Source of the DNA: Nitrospinales bacterium
GTDB lineage: Bacteria; Nitrospinota; Nitrospinia; Nitrospinales; VA-1
NCBI GenBank assembly: GCA_965223795.1
Contig: CBDCXL010000002.1
Coordinates: 2,528,001-2,592,000, forward strand
Length of the DNA: 64,000 nt
Reading direction: 5' to 3'
This document shows, piece by piece, positions 1 through 9,654 of this stretch; within the stretch, counting starts at the first letter, position 1, and each line of letters begins with the position of its first letter. A model generated the notes under the pieces. That model did no database searches. It saw only the letters and a program-made list of their open reading frames with translations, and was not told the origin of the DNA. The translations under genes were made by a program, and so were the position numbers.

Positions 1-151
1 GCTTTTTTCCCAGCACACGGGCGGCGTTGGTGGCGCCGATGTTGCCGCTGCCGTGGTCGCGCAGATCGATCCTGCGGGTGCGCGCCACGAGCACGCCGAA
101 GGGGATGCATCCCAGGAAATAGGACACCGTCCAGACCAGTGCTGTTTCCAT
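1..151 (-). CDS. plsY: Glycerol-3-phosphate acyltransferase PlsY, 5' part (runs off window)
   Basis: Manual translation [50 protein letters not shown] has the PlsY YLLGSIPFG-like and GSGNIGATN motifs. Confidence 0.93.
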   Translation of the reverse strand, partial: METALVWTVSYFLGCIPFGVLVARTRRIDLRDHGSGNIGATNAARVLGKK

Positions 152-181
152 TTCAGTTCCCGTTTGGGCGGTTTTTGAGGA

Positions 182-1075
182 TCAACTGAGGTGGTCTCCC
201 AGAGCGACGCTGGCGGATTTGATCCTGAGTTTCGCTTTGGCCCGTTTTTCGATCTGCCGCACCCGCTCGCGGGACAGGCCGATCTCCTTGCCGATTTCCT
301 CGAGCGTCTGCGGCGGACCGCCGAACCCGAAGCGTTTTCTTAAGATCATCTCCTCCCTGCGGCTGAGCCCCTTGAGCAGGGTTTCCACCTTGTCGCGCAG
401 CCCGGCCTGCATGATCTGGTCGTCGTAGGGGATGGTGTTGGGATTCTCCAAAAGCTCGATGTACGGGGTGGTCTCGTCGCTGCGCAGAGGCGCGTCCAGG
501 GAAACGTGGGTGCGGTAGGCCTGCATGATCTCGTTGATCTCGGTCTCTTTAAAGCCCATTCCGGCGGCCAGTTCCTTTTGCGTGGGTTCCCGTTCCAGAA
601 CCTGCATGAGGTCGTGCCGCTTTTTGCCGATCTGGTACACCTTGCCGACCTGCTTGACCGGCAGCTTGACGGTGCCGGACTGTTCGGCCAGAGAATGCAG
701 GATCGCCTGGCGGATCCACCACACCGCGTAGGTGATGAATTTGACGTGGCGGGAGGCGTCGAAACGCTTGGCCGCCTGGATCAGGCCGATGTTTCCTTCC
801 TCGATGAGATCCTGCAGGGACAGGCCGCAGCCTTTGTATTTGTTGGCGACGGTGACGACGAATTTGAGGTTGCGCCGCACCAGCTCCTGCAGCGCGCCGG
901 TGTCGCCCTTGTTGATGCGCAGCGCCAGCACCCCTTCCTCCTCGCGGGACAGGGGCTGGATTTTGCTGATCTCCTGCAGGTACTGGGTCAGCGGTTCCGG
1001 ATGCTCGCGCCGGGAATCTGTGGGTCTGGCCTGGGATTCGGTGCGGGATTTCCGGGTGTTGTGTTTGGTGGCCAT
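182..1075 (-). CDS. Sigma-70 family RNA polymerase sigma factor (RpoD/RpoS type, no region 1.1)
   Basis: YLQEI..L (1.2), NLKFVV..A.KY, DLIEEGNIGLIQAAKRFD, KFITYAVWWIRQAI (region 2), TLEEIG..IGLSRERVRQIE (region 4); start chosen at ATG 1075. Confidence 0.93.
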   Translation of the reverse strand: MATKHNTRKSRTESQARPTDSRREHPEPLTQYLQEISKIQPLSREEEGVLALRINKGDTGALQELVRRNLKFVVTVANKYKGCGLSLQDLIEEGNIGLIQAAKRFDASRHVKFITYAVWWIRQAILHSLAEQSGTVKLPVKQVGKVYQIGKKRHDLMQVLEREPTQKELAAGMGFKETEINEIMQAYRTHVSLDAPLRSDETTPYIELLENPNTIPYDDQIMQAGLRDKVETLLKGLSRREEMILRKRFGFGGPPQTLEEIGKEIGLSRERVRQIEKRAKAKLRIKSASVALGDHLS

Positions 1076-1094
1076 AGGTTCAAACAGCGCGCTG

Positions 1095-1859
1095 TCAACG
1101 CAGATCACGCAGGCGGTCGCGCGCCTCCTTTGCAAAAAGGCTTCTTGGATATTTGTCCAGAAGTTCCATGTAGGTGTCTTTGGCTTTCTTGAAATTCTCT
1201 TCGTTGTAATAGGACTCGGCGATCAGGAAGATGGCTTCATCGATGAACTGCTGATCGGGATAGGCTTCCATGGCGCGGCGCAGTCTCTGGATGGCGGACT
1301 GATAAGCGCCGGTGCGAAAATAAAACTTGCCGATTTCAAACACGTTTTCCGCCAGAACGTTCAGGCATTCTTGTCTTTTTTCCACGCCTTTGGCGTGGTA
1401 CTGGCTGTTGGGAAAATTATGGATGAAATGTTCGAACCCTTCCAGCGCCGCCTTGGTGTGGGTCTGGTCGCGGGTGGAGATCTCCATCATCTTGAAATCG
1501 GACATGGCCTTGAAGTAATGGGCGCGGTCCACGTGCTTGTTGGCGGGATACAGCTCGATGAAGCGTTTGTAGTGAAACTTGGACTCTTCGTATTCTTCGT
1601 CCCGGTAGTGGGTGTCGGCCAGGAAAATCAGCGCGGCGACGCGTTCCCGGCTGTCCGGGTAATCTTCCAGGATCTGCTGGAACAGTTGTTTGGCTTCGAT
1701 GTAATCGTTGACCTTGACCTGCTGGATGCCCCGTTTCAGCAATTCGTCGGGAGGCAGGACCACCTTTTCCTCTGTGGACGTGCAGCCGGTGAAAAGGATT
1801 AAAACCCAAAGCAGGATGGGCAGCCGGACGCGAAACTCGGGAAAAACGGATTTGAGCAT
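1095..1859 (-). CDS. bamD: Outer membrane protein assembly factor BamD (TPR lipoprotein)
   Basis: Lipobox FTGC, TPR repeats, RFIELYP, RDQT..AL..F..FI..FPNSQY, IGKFYF..G.Y.SAI.R. Confidence 0.9.
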   Translation of the reverse strand: MLKSVFPEFRVRLPILLWVLILFTGCTSTEEKVVLPPDELLKRGIQQVKVNDYIEAKQLFQQILEDYPDSRERVAALIFLADTHYRDEEYEESKFHYKRFIELYPANKHVDRAHYFKAMSDFKMMEISTRDQTHTKAALEGFEHFIHNFPNSQYHAKGVEKRQECLNVLAENVFEIGKFYFRTGAYQSAIQRLRRAMEAYPDQQFIDEAIFLIAESYYNEENFKKAKDTYMELLDKYPRSLFAKEARDRLRDLR

Positions 1860-2066
1860 GATTTAGAATGACCCATGAAACGATATTCAAGTAATATATA
1901 ATATTGTGGCTTATTTTTAAAGGGTTTAAAAGAGGCGTGGACAGGGTTGCCGCTTGCGAACATCGAATTTTTCGTGATATAACAGCAAAAGTGCCTTTCT
2001 ATTCGACCTCTCTGTTTTAAACTTTGTGCTGGCCTCCATAATTCTTAATTTTTTCCAGACCAAAAC

Positions 2067-2858
2067 ATGAACGTTGCGATGAAAATTCTTGCCCTGTTTC
2101 CGGCAAGCTGGCTGTTCGCGCTTGCGGCTCCGGCGTTTGCGGCGGCGCCGCCTCCACCGGTGGACACCGGCTGGAAACTGCTCGCCATCATCGAAAAGGG
2201 CGGGATCATGATGTATCCCATCCTTTTCTGCTCCATCCTGATCGTCGGCATCGGCATCGAGCGGGCCTACAACCTGAGACGCAAAAACATCATCAACACC
2301 GAATTTTTGAAAAACGTCCGCAACCACTGGAACTGGAAGGACGTCCAGCTCGGCCTGCAGATGTGCAGCGCCTACGACAACGCGCTGGCGCGCATTCTCA
2401 AGACCGGTCTCCTGCGCGTCGGCGGCAAGCTCGATGAGATCGAGCGCGCCATCGAGGGGGCGGGCCAGCACGAAGCGTCGCTGATGAACTCCAATCTGCG
2501 CGTGCTGGGGGCGGTGGCCAACATCACCCCCATGATGGGACTTCTGGGTACGGTGTTCGGGATGATCAAGGCGTTCAACGTCATCTCGCAGAGCGGCACC
2601 GGAAACCCCGGCCTGGTGGCGAGCGGCATCTCCGAAGCGCTGATCACCACCGCCGCGGGCATGGTGGTGGGCATTCCGGCGCTGGCGCTGTACCATTACT
2701 TTCGCGGCAAGATCGACCGCTACGTGTTCGAGATGGAAGAGATCTCGTTTCAGCTGGTGGAAGAGCTTTCCTACGAAGCGGTGCGCGAGAAAAAAGGCAA
2801 GGAGCCGGAGCCGCCGCCTTCGAAAAAATCACGCAAAGGCGTCCGCGCCGCTCTGTGA
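2067..2858 (+). CDS. MotA/TolQ/ExbB proton channel family protein
   Basis: GG..MYPI, PMMGLLGTVFGMIKAF, GISEALITTAAG..V.IPA. Confidence 0.93.
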   Translation: MNVAMKILALFPASWLFALAAPAFAAAPPPPVDTGWKLLAIIEKGGIMMYPILFCSILIVGIGIERAYNLRRKNIINTEFLKNVRNHWNWKDVQLGLQMCSAYDNALARILKTGLLRVGGKLDEIERAIEGAGQHEASLMNSNLRVLGAVANITPMMGLLGTVFGMIKAFNVISQSGTGNPGLVASGISEALITTAAGMVVGIPALALYHYFRGKIDRYVFEMEEISFQLVEELSYEAVREKKGKEPEPPPSKKSRKGVRAAL

Positions 2859-2890
2859 CGCCGGGCGTTTCCCCTCTGGAATAAACAGCC

Positions 2891-3289
2891 ATGCGTTTTC
2901 GAAAAGAAGAAGAGGAAAACTTCGGTCTGGACATGACACCCATGATCGACGTGGTGTTTCTGCTTCTGATCTTCTTCATGGTGTCCACGGTGTTCGTGGA
3001 TTTCAACCGGCGCATGGACCTCACGCTGCCTTCCTCCAAATCCTCGATTCAGGACGAGACGCCCAAGAGCATCGAAATCGAGATGACCACCGACAAGCAG
3101 CTGTTCTTCAACAGCAAGAAAACCTCCCTCGCCGAGCTGGAGGCGATTCTGCAGAAGTCGGGCAAGGACAACGAAAAGCGCACGGCGATCATCCGCGCCG
3201 ACAAGAGCCTGCCTTACGGCGACGTGATCCGTGTGATGGGCGTGATCCAGGGCACGGGCATCACCGACATCAGCGTTGCTGTGAAGTGA
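2891..3289 (+). CDS. exbD: ExbD/TolR biopolymer transport protein
   Basis: MTPMIDVVFLLLIFFMV and IRADK.LPYG.VI.VM motifs; follows exbB-like gene. Confidence 0.93.
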   Translation: MRFRKEEEENFGLDMTPMIDVVFLLLIFFMVSTVFVDFNRRMDLTLPSSKSSIQDETPKSIEIEMTTDKQLFFNSKKTSLAELEAILQKSGKDNEKRTAIIRADKSLPYGDVIRVMGVIQGTGITDISVAVK

Positions 3290-3334
3290 TGGAACGATTT
3301 CGCGGCCGCTTTCAGCGGTGATCCGGGCGTGGCG

Positions 3335-3628
3335 TCACTTGACGATGGACGGCTTGTTGTGGCGGTTTAAAATCCACTCGTTGAGCATGCGGATTTCTTC
3401 CTGCTTGAGAAACGCCATCACCGCGCCGGCATCGGGGTGGTCCTCATCGTTGACGACGACGCAGTAATTGCGTTCGACGTACGCGGCGACGTGGGCCTTG
3501 AACTGGGGAAAGTGGAACAGTTCCGAGAACACGTCCGCGTGGTAGGACGGGTCGGGGTTTTTGGGATCGAATTTGGCGAGCCTGGAATTGAGCTTGTTTT
3601 TGAAATCCGCTTTCAGCAGCATGCCCAT
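3335..3628 (-). CDS. Hypothetical protein (97 aa)
   Basis: ORF with host-like codon usage and AGAGGGA upstream; no recognised motif. Confidence 0.65.
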   Translation of the reverse strand: MGMLLKADFKNKLNSRLAKFDPKNPDPSYHADVFSELFHFPQFKAHVAAYVERNYCVVVNDEDHPDAGAVMAFLKQEEIRMLNEWILNRHNKPSIVK

Positions 3629-3893
3629 AGCTGGTCCCTCTTTGAATGAAATTCAATGGGACCTTCATTTTACCGCTGCCGGTTTTTTCTGAAAAATAAA
3701 AAAACGGACCTCACCCGCGATTTCCCGGTCACGGGGGCGCTTCCTATTGTAACTTGTTGAATAATGGGCTTATATTTCATTTCAGCTCGGTGTGGATCAA
3801 CAAAATCTGTTACAATAAATACGCCCTGAACGATGAGCCCGGCCGCGTCCCACGGTCAACGGCCGGACCCACGCACCGCGGAGACAATCCATC

Positions 3894-5207
3894 ATGAACA
3901 CGGACAAGGACACGAACACTACGGTGAGCCGCGCGCTTCTCGAATTCATCGACCGGGCGCCGACGCCGTTTCACGCGGTGGCGGAGACCGCGGCGCTGCT
4001 CGAAAAGGACAATTTCACGGCGCTCAACGAAGAGGACGCCTGGGACCTCAAGCCGGGGGCGAAGCACTACGTCACGCGCAACGGTTCCTCGCTGGTGGCG
4101 TTCGTGGTGGGCATGGAGACCGCGGCCACGGCGGGGTTTCGGATCATCGGCGCGCACACGGACAGCCCCAACCTCAGGCTCAAGCCCAACCCGGTGTACC
4201 AGAATGGCGGCTACGTGCAGCTTGGCGTCGAGGTGTACGGCGGCGTGCTGCTCGCCACCTGGACGGACCGGGACCTTTCGCTCGCGGGCAGGGCGATCCT
4301 GCGCCGGGGCGCCGGGACGCAGGCCAGGCTGGTGAAATTCGACGAGCCGCTGCTGCGCGTGCCGCAGCTGGCCATCCATCTCAACCGCGAGGTCAACACA
4401 AAGGGACTCATCCTCAACAAGCAGACGCACCTGCCGCCGATCTTCACGTTGTCCGAAGGGCGCAAGAATCCGGAAGCGGCGCTCACGGAGCTGATCGCGG
4501 ACAAGCTGGGCTGCGCCGCCAAGGACATTCTGGGGCTGGAGCTGATGCTGCACGATGTGCAGAAAAGCAGTCTCGCCGGACCGGCTGAGGAGTTCGTGTT
4601 CGCGCCCCGGCTCGACAACCTGGCCTCCTGCCACGCCGCCACCTGCGCGCTGCTGGATGCGCCGGCGAAGACGCCCGCCACGCGGGTGCTGGCGTTTTAC
4701 GATCACGAAGAGGTGGGCAGCGAAACCGCCCAGGGCGGCGGCTCGCCGTTTCTCAAAAACATCCTCGAACGGCTGACGGCGGACGCGGACAAGCCGCGCG
4801 AGGCGTTCATGCGTGCGATGGCCCGTTCGGTCTTCATTTCGGCGGACATGGCGCACGCGGTGCACCCCAACTACGCCGACCAGCACGACGCCCAGCACAT
4901 GCCGGTGATCAACCGCGGCCCGGTGATCAAGAGCAACGCCGGGCAGAAGTACGCGACGGAAGGGATGTCGAGCGCCGCGTTCGAGATCCTGTGCGAGCGC
5001 GCGGGCGTGCCGGTGCAGAAATTCGTGGTGCGCTCGGACCTCGCCTGCGGCAGCACCATCGGCCCCATCACCGCCGCCAACCTCGGCATTCAGACCGTGG
5101 ATGTGGGCAACCCCATGCTGTCCATGCACTCGATCCGCGAGATGGCGGGCTCCGCCGACCACGCGCACCTCATCCGCGCCTTCCTGGAATTCTTCAAGCC
5201 GGAATAG
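3894..5207 (+). CDS. M18 family (aspartyl) aminopeptidase
   Basis: PTPFHAV, GAHTDSPNL, VEVYGG, PQLAIHL, RLDNL, DHEEVGS, SADMAHAVHPNY, CGSTIGP, SMHSIRE. Confidence 0.95.
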   Translation: MNTDKDTNTTVSRALLEFIDRAPTPFHAVAETAALLEKDNFTALNEEDAWDLKPGAKHYVTRNGSSLVAFVVGMETAATAGFRIIGAHTDSPNLRLKPNPVYQNGGYVQLGVEVYGGVLLATWTDRDLSLAGRAILRRGAGTQARLVKFDEPLLRVPQLAIHLNREVNTKGLILNKQTHLPPIFTLSEGRKNPEAALTELIADKLGCAAKDILGLELMLHDVQKSSLAGPAEEFVFAPRLDNLASCHAATCALLDAPAKTPATRVLAFYDHEEVGSETAQGGGSPFLKNILERLTADADKPREAFMRAMARSVFISADMAHAVHPNYADQHDAQHMPVINRGPVIKSNAGQKYATEGMSSAAFEILCERAGVPVQKFVVRSDLACGSTIGPITAANLGIQTVDVGNPMLSMHSIREMAGSADHAHLIRAFLEFFKPE

Positions 5208-5252
5208 AACGCACGGTTCCCGCCGCAGCGCAGATCCTCAAAGAAAAAATCA

Positions 5253-5305
5253 TCTCGCGCAAAGACGCGAAGACGCAAAGAAAAGCATTGGACAGGATTG
5301 ACAGA
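5253..5305 (+). repeat. Intergenic repeat pair: family B (TCTCGCGCAAAGACGCGAAGACGCAAAG) then family A (TTGGACAGGATTGACAGA)
   Basis: Match to B copies at 17895 and 18111 and A copies at 17828, 17992, 55101, 57429. Confidence 0.8.
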
Positions 5306-5398
5306 AGAAGGAGTTTTTGGGAACTCCTTGGAATTATCTGTGATTCTTGATTTTACAATCTAGCCGATTTTCTTAATTCATGTGCTTGTTTACAGGAA

Positions 5399-6403
5399 AT
5401 GAAGCGAAAGAAAAATAAGACTAAAAAGAGAGAGTTAAACGAAGATTATGGTTCAAATTTTATATTTGGAAATAATCAAAGAGAAATTATTGTTCTCTTG
5501 ATAATTGTTTTTCTGATAATTCTGATTATTGCTTATTTGATGTACTTAGTAACAGAAAATATTTTTTACAGCATAGCGGCATTATTACTATTTACTACTT
5601 CTGCATATCGTTTTGTAAAAAAATCAACTATTAAAGATGGGGTCATCATTGTATGTACCGTTTTGGTCTTTGCATTACCATTTTTGGGTCAACATTTAGA
5701 GGAAAATAAGGATATTGAAAAACTTGAAGACAAACTAGAAGGAATAGAGAAAAAAATTGATCGCATTCTTTCGCCCCCTGAAATTAAAATTCAGGAAAGT
5801 CTTCCAGGTTTTTCTATTCATATGTATGCATCCTTTCGATCATCGAATGCAAAGCAACGAAAATTTATTTATGATCTTGGATCTCTTAAAAAGGAACGTC
5901 TTTCATTATATATAGACCCATTTGATAATTTTACTTTTCAACTTATTGATTCGTTGGACGAGCCGCACCTTTTGAAAGTCCCAATAGGATCAAAACAATT
6001 TCCACTAAATAAATACATTTATTTGTCTTGCGAAGTTGCGATTAGTGAAAATTCCACACAGCTTCAGATTATGGTCAATGGACAAGTAGTCAGGACTGAG
6101 AATCTTCCATTTAAAATTGATTGGGGAAAATGGAACTTTATAGGATCCGTGCTGGGAGCAAGCTTAAATAAAGAGTTTGGTGCTAGTTTTGATTTGAGTG
6201 AATTTATTACGTATGAAAAAACATTGACCTCTGAAAGTAAGCTGAGAATGTATGAATATTTTAAAAGGAAAAATAGAACTCAGGTTATCTCGTTTGAGGA
6301 AAATCAATGGATGTGGATTCCTGGTCCCAAAAAAAATCTTCAGCAAGATAATCCTAAATTCCAACCCACGTTAAAAGTAATTGAAAAAAATAAAAAAAGA
6401 TAA
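5399..6403 (+). CDS. AT-rich membrane-anchored hypothetical protein, probable LamG/concanavalin A-like C-terminal domain
   Basis: Three N-terminal hydrophobic segments, short coiled coil, then FSI..F, IYD.G, RLSLYI, I.VNG, G.S, LSE...YEK.LT pattern typical of LamG-like folds; strongly AT-rich versus neighbours. Confidence 0.7.
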   Translation: MKRKKNKTKKRELNEDYGSNFIFGNNQREIIVLLIIVFLIILIIAYLMYLVTENIFYSIAALLLFTTSAYRFVKKSTIKDGVIIVCTVLVFALPFLGQHLEENKDIEKLEDKLEGIEKKIDRILSPPEIKIQESLPGFSIHMYASFRSSNAKQRKFIYDLGSLKKERLSLYIDPFDNFTFQLIDSLDEPHLLKVPIGSKQFPLNKYIYLSCEVAISENSTQLQIMVNGQVVRTENLPFKIDWGKWNFIGSVLGASLNKEFGASFDLSEFITYEKTLTSESKLRMYEYFKRKNRTQVISFEENQWMWIPGPKKNLQQDNPKFQPTLKVIEKNKKR

Positions 6404-6537
6404 AACTTAAAATTGTAATTTTTATTTATCCCTTGAATCTTTTTATTTTCCTAAGCGTTTCTGAAAGTATCTTTAGTTTGTTGAGTTATTGCCATACTTG
6501 TGGAACAGTACGATCAAATATTCCATTGAATTAATGC

Positions 6538-7326
6538 ATGAAAGTCGAAGCCAGCGTTTCTTCAGATAAAAAAATTCCTGGCAACGTCCTTATATATGCG
6601 GACGCGGTGTTCCGTTTCGTTCTGTATGTGACGTGGGTGTGCGCGCTGTGGCTGACGGCGGGGTTTGCCTATGCGGCGATCGCCCTTCTGGAACAGGCGG
6701 ACGCGCCGATGCCGGGACTGGTTTTGCAGGGCGCGTGGTTCGAGGCGGCGCTGTCCGGCGTGCTGCTTCTGCATGTCTGGGGCTTTGTGCCGGCGGTCGT
6801 GCTGACCGTTTTCCTGTTTCGAAAATGGAAAACCAGAAAGCGGGACTGGGTGCACTTTGCGGTTTCGCTTTTGCTGCTCACGCTGTTTTCCATTCCGCAA
6901 GGATACTGGCAGCGGCCCTTCATTCATCTCAACGGGCTGCCCGAGGAACCTGCGCGTTTCTTCGTCCACACGGCGTCGATGGGCGATGCGGGCCTGCTTC
7001 GGCTTTTGCTGGACAAGGGACTCGATCCCAAGCCGGAGCTGTTGAACGCCGCGTTTTTCAATGCGGGCATGGAAGGGCAGGTGGCGGCGATGCGGTTTCT
7101 GCTTGAACAACGCGCGGACATCGATTATCAGCACGGCGGATTGCAGAGCACGGCGCTGATGTCGGCCGCCGCCCTGGGGCATGGGGATGCGGTGCGATTC
7201 CTGTTGGACAAGGGGGCCGATGCCAGCCTCAAGGACAGCCGCGGCCACACCGCGCTGGACAAGGCGAAGCAGTTCGGCAGGGAGGAGATGGCGGCGCTGC
7301 TTAAAGCACAAACACAAGGGCTTTAA
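6538..7326 (+). CDS. Membrane protein with C-terminal ankyrin repeats
   Basis: Three TM segments then TALMSAAALGHGDAVRFLLDKGAD and GHTALDKA; start uncertain. Confidence 0.85.
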   Translation: MKVEASVSSDKKIPGNVLIYADAVFRFVLYVTWVCALWLTAGFAYAAIALLEQADAPMPGLVLQGAWFEAALSGVLLLHVWGFVPAVVLTVFLFRKWKTRKRDWVHFAVSLLLLTLFSIPQGYWQRPFIHLNGLPEEPARFFVHTASMGDAGLLRLLLDKGLDPKPELLNAAFFNAGMEGQVAAMRFLLEQRADIDYQHGGLQSTALMSAAALGHGDAVRFLLDKGADASLKDSRGHTALDKAKQFGREEMAALLKAQTQGL

Positions 7327-7442
7327 CACGCGGTTTATCAACTCTTCTAAGCGATGCGGCCGGCCGGAAGCCCGCGAAACGCTTTACCGGGAAGGGTTTT
7401 CGTGGTTAGATGGGGGATCGTCCACATCATACAGGGTAGCCC

Positions 7443-7844
7443 ATGAACCGCTCGATCCGTTTTTTTATTTGCCTGTTCACGATCACCTGCCTGTTCACGA
7501 TCCCCTCTGTGTTCAGCGTGTCGGTGCCCTCCGCGTCCGCGTTCAGCTTTCAGGAATTCGGCGACAAGATTTCCAAGGAGACGCAGAAACTGCGCCGGGG
7601 GGTGGGGCTTGCGGATGAAGACGAAGAAAAGACGGTCTGCGAGGCGGGAAGTTACAAGAAAACCGAAGACTCGATGGCCTGCCTGCTTTGTCCCATCGGC
7701 ACCTACAGCGACGCCAAGGGCGCAACCCAGTGCACCGCCTGCCCGGACGGCACCACCACGGCGAAACTCGGCGCGGATTCGGCGAACGCCTGCTCCGCCC
7801 AGCCCACCGCCGAATCCACAAGCGAAGCGGCCGCGAAAGATTGA
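7443..7844 (+). CDS. Secreted protein with GCC2/GCC3 (ephrin-receptor-like) cysteine-rich domain
   Basis: Signal peptide, then CEAGSY...CLLCPIGTYSD..GATQCTACPDGTTT...GA.S.NAC. Confidence 0.75.
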   Translation: MNRSIRFFICLFTITCLFTIPSVFSVSVPSASAFSFQEFGDKISKETQKLRRGVGLADEDEEKTVCEAGSYKKTEDSMACLLCPIGTYSDAKGATQCTACPDGTTTAKLGADSANACSAQPTAESTSEAAAKD

Positions 7845-7893
7845 TCCGGTTTCCCGGCACTTCTTTTTTTATTTGACGGCTGCCGCAATTTTC

Positions 7894-8475
7894 ATGCGAC
7901 CCCTTTTCATTTTTCTGTTGTCCATTCTCGCATTGCCCGTGGATGTGTGCGCGGAATCGTTCGCCGAGCGGCTGGTTCAAGCGGCGAAGGAGCGCACGCG
8001 GCACGCGGTGACCTACGACGGTTCCTACCGCGCCATCGCCTATCCGATGGGGGACGTGCCGGACCACATCGGCGTGTGCACGGACGTGGTGGTGCGCGCC
8101 TACCGCAAGGTGGGCATCGACCTGCAGCAGCTCGTTCATGAAGACATGAAGGCGAACTTTTCCGCCTATCCCAAAAACTGGGGGCTCACGCGTCCCGACA
8201 CCAACATCGATCACCGGCGCGTGCCGAATCTGCAGAAATTTTTTGAGCGCAAGGGGAAGTCGCTGCCGGTCAGCCGGGAGGCGGGTGATTACAGAGCAGG
8301 TGATCTGGTGACCTGGATGCTGCCGGGCAACCTGCCGCACATCGGCATCGTGTCCGGCGACAAAGCGCCCGGTTCCGCGCGGCCGTTGATCCTGCACAAC
8401 ATCGGCCGCGGGCCGAAAGAGGAGGACGTTCTGTTCGCCTATCCCGTCACGGGCCATTACCGGTATGGGAAGTGA
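7894..8475 (+). CDS. DUF1287 (YijF-like) exported protein
   Basis: YDGSY..IAYPMGDVP..IGVCTDVVVRAYR, DTNIDHRRVPNL, LPHIGIVS, HNIG.G. Confidence 0.92.
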   Translation: MRPLFIFLLSILALPVDVCAESFAERLVQAAKERTRHAVTYDGSYRAIAYPMGDVPDHIGVCTDVVVRAYRKVGIDLQQLVHEDMKANFSAYPKNWGLTRPDTNIDHRRVPNLQKFFERKGKSLPVSREAGDYRAGDLVTWMLPGNLPHIGIVSGDKAPGSARPLILHNIGRGPKEEDVLFAYPVTGHYRYGK

Positions 8476-8479
8476 TGGA

Positions 8480-8761
8480 TCAGCCGCTGTTGTTCAGGGT
8501 TCTGCGGATGGTTTCGATGACTTTGGACTGGATGCGGGACCAGCGCGTGCCGGCGTCTTTGGTGACCTGGATCTCGTCGCCGAGGATCCACACGCCGACG
8601 ACGCCGGGGATCTCGAACAGGGCGCGGGCGATGGGGTGCCCCTGAGCGAGGCCGGGGTTGGCAAAGGACAGACCCGTTCCCGGGGGGATCAGGGGATTTT
8701 CCAGCTTGAATCCGACGAGGTGTTCGTTGCGGGTCGGGACCACTTGAATTTTTACGGTCAT
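8480..8761 (-). CDS. NifU N-terminal (Nfu scaffold N-terminal) domain protein
   Basis: PT.N...F, HP.A..LF.IPGV.GV.I..D.I.VTK....W pattern. Confidence 0.8.
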   Translation of the reverse strand: MTVKIQVVPTRNEHLVGFKLENPLIPPGTGLSFANPGLAQGHPIARALFEIPGVVGVWILGDEIQVTKDAGTRWSRIQSKVIETIRRTLNNSG

Positions 8762-8839
8762 GTTTCTTCTCGGGATGGTGTCGATGGTTTCTCTTGCAAT
8801 CGAATCAGAGGCTGCCGCACTGCGCGCCGCCGCTTTTCA

Positions 8840-9421
8840 TTATAACCTTTCCTGGTAACCGAACTCGGCGATGGCCTGGTTCAGCACGTTCTGCGTTGCC
8901 TCTGCCGCCTGCGGCATGTTCTGAAGCCGGAACAGGTTCACCGCTTTTTGCAGGTTCAGGATCACCAGCCGCTTGAACCGGGGGCCTTCGCGGTAGTTGT
9001 ACAACGCCCAGCCCAGGTTGCCGTGCGCTTCGGCGTCGTTCTGCCGCCGGTGCACGACGATGTTGAGCTCGCCGATCGCCTCCTGCCAGCGCTCCAGCAT
9101 GTTGTAGGCGTTGCCGAGGCTCAGCCGCGCGTCGAGATGGGTCGGCTCCAGCTCTAGGGTCTTTTCGAATGCCGCCGCGGCCTTGCCGTAGTCCTTGAGG
9201 TTCTTGTGTGCGATCCCCAGATTGTAATGGGCGGTCGGCGATTTGGGGTTCTGCTCGATGGACTTTTCGTACGCTGCCGCCGCTTCCTCGAACCGCTTCT
9301 GGGCGCTGAGCTCGTTGCCGCGCTCGAACCAGCCCTGGGCGTCCAGCGCCTGGGCGGAATCCGCGAGGACCCAGCCGGTCAAGAGAAATACCGAAAGCAA
9401 GCACCGCAACCGTCTCTTCAT
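8840..9421 (-). CDS. Exported tetratricopeptide repeat protein
   Basis: Signal peptide then TPRs (AHYNLG, ARLSLGNAY, AHGNLG). Confidence 0.88.
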   Translation of the reverse strand: MKRRLRCLLSVFLLTGWVLADSAQALDAQGWFERGNELSAQKRFEEAAAAYEKSIEQNPKSPTAHYNLGIAHKNLKDYGKAAAAFEKTLELEPTHLDARLSLGNAYNMLERWQEAIGELNIVVHRRQNDAEAHGNLGWALYNYREGPRFKRLVILNLQKAVNLFRLQNMPQAAEATQNVLNQAIAEFGYQERL

Positions 9422-9654
9422 GGACACGCCCTCCCGACAAGCCAGCGTCCCGGCTTCAAGACAACCCGTTCGATTTCAGGACCGGAAACGGCAGATTTTA
9501 CCTCATTTGCCCAAACTCTGACAAGCCCCACCTCCCCAGGTGGGGGAATGGGTCCGGCGGGGCAGGTCTGTCGGGCTCGTATCGGCACACGGCCTTTGTC
9601 ATTCATCCATTTTGCACTTCCACGGTGCGCCTTGGCACGCAAAAAACACGGATA

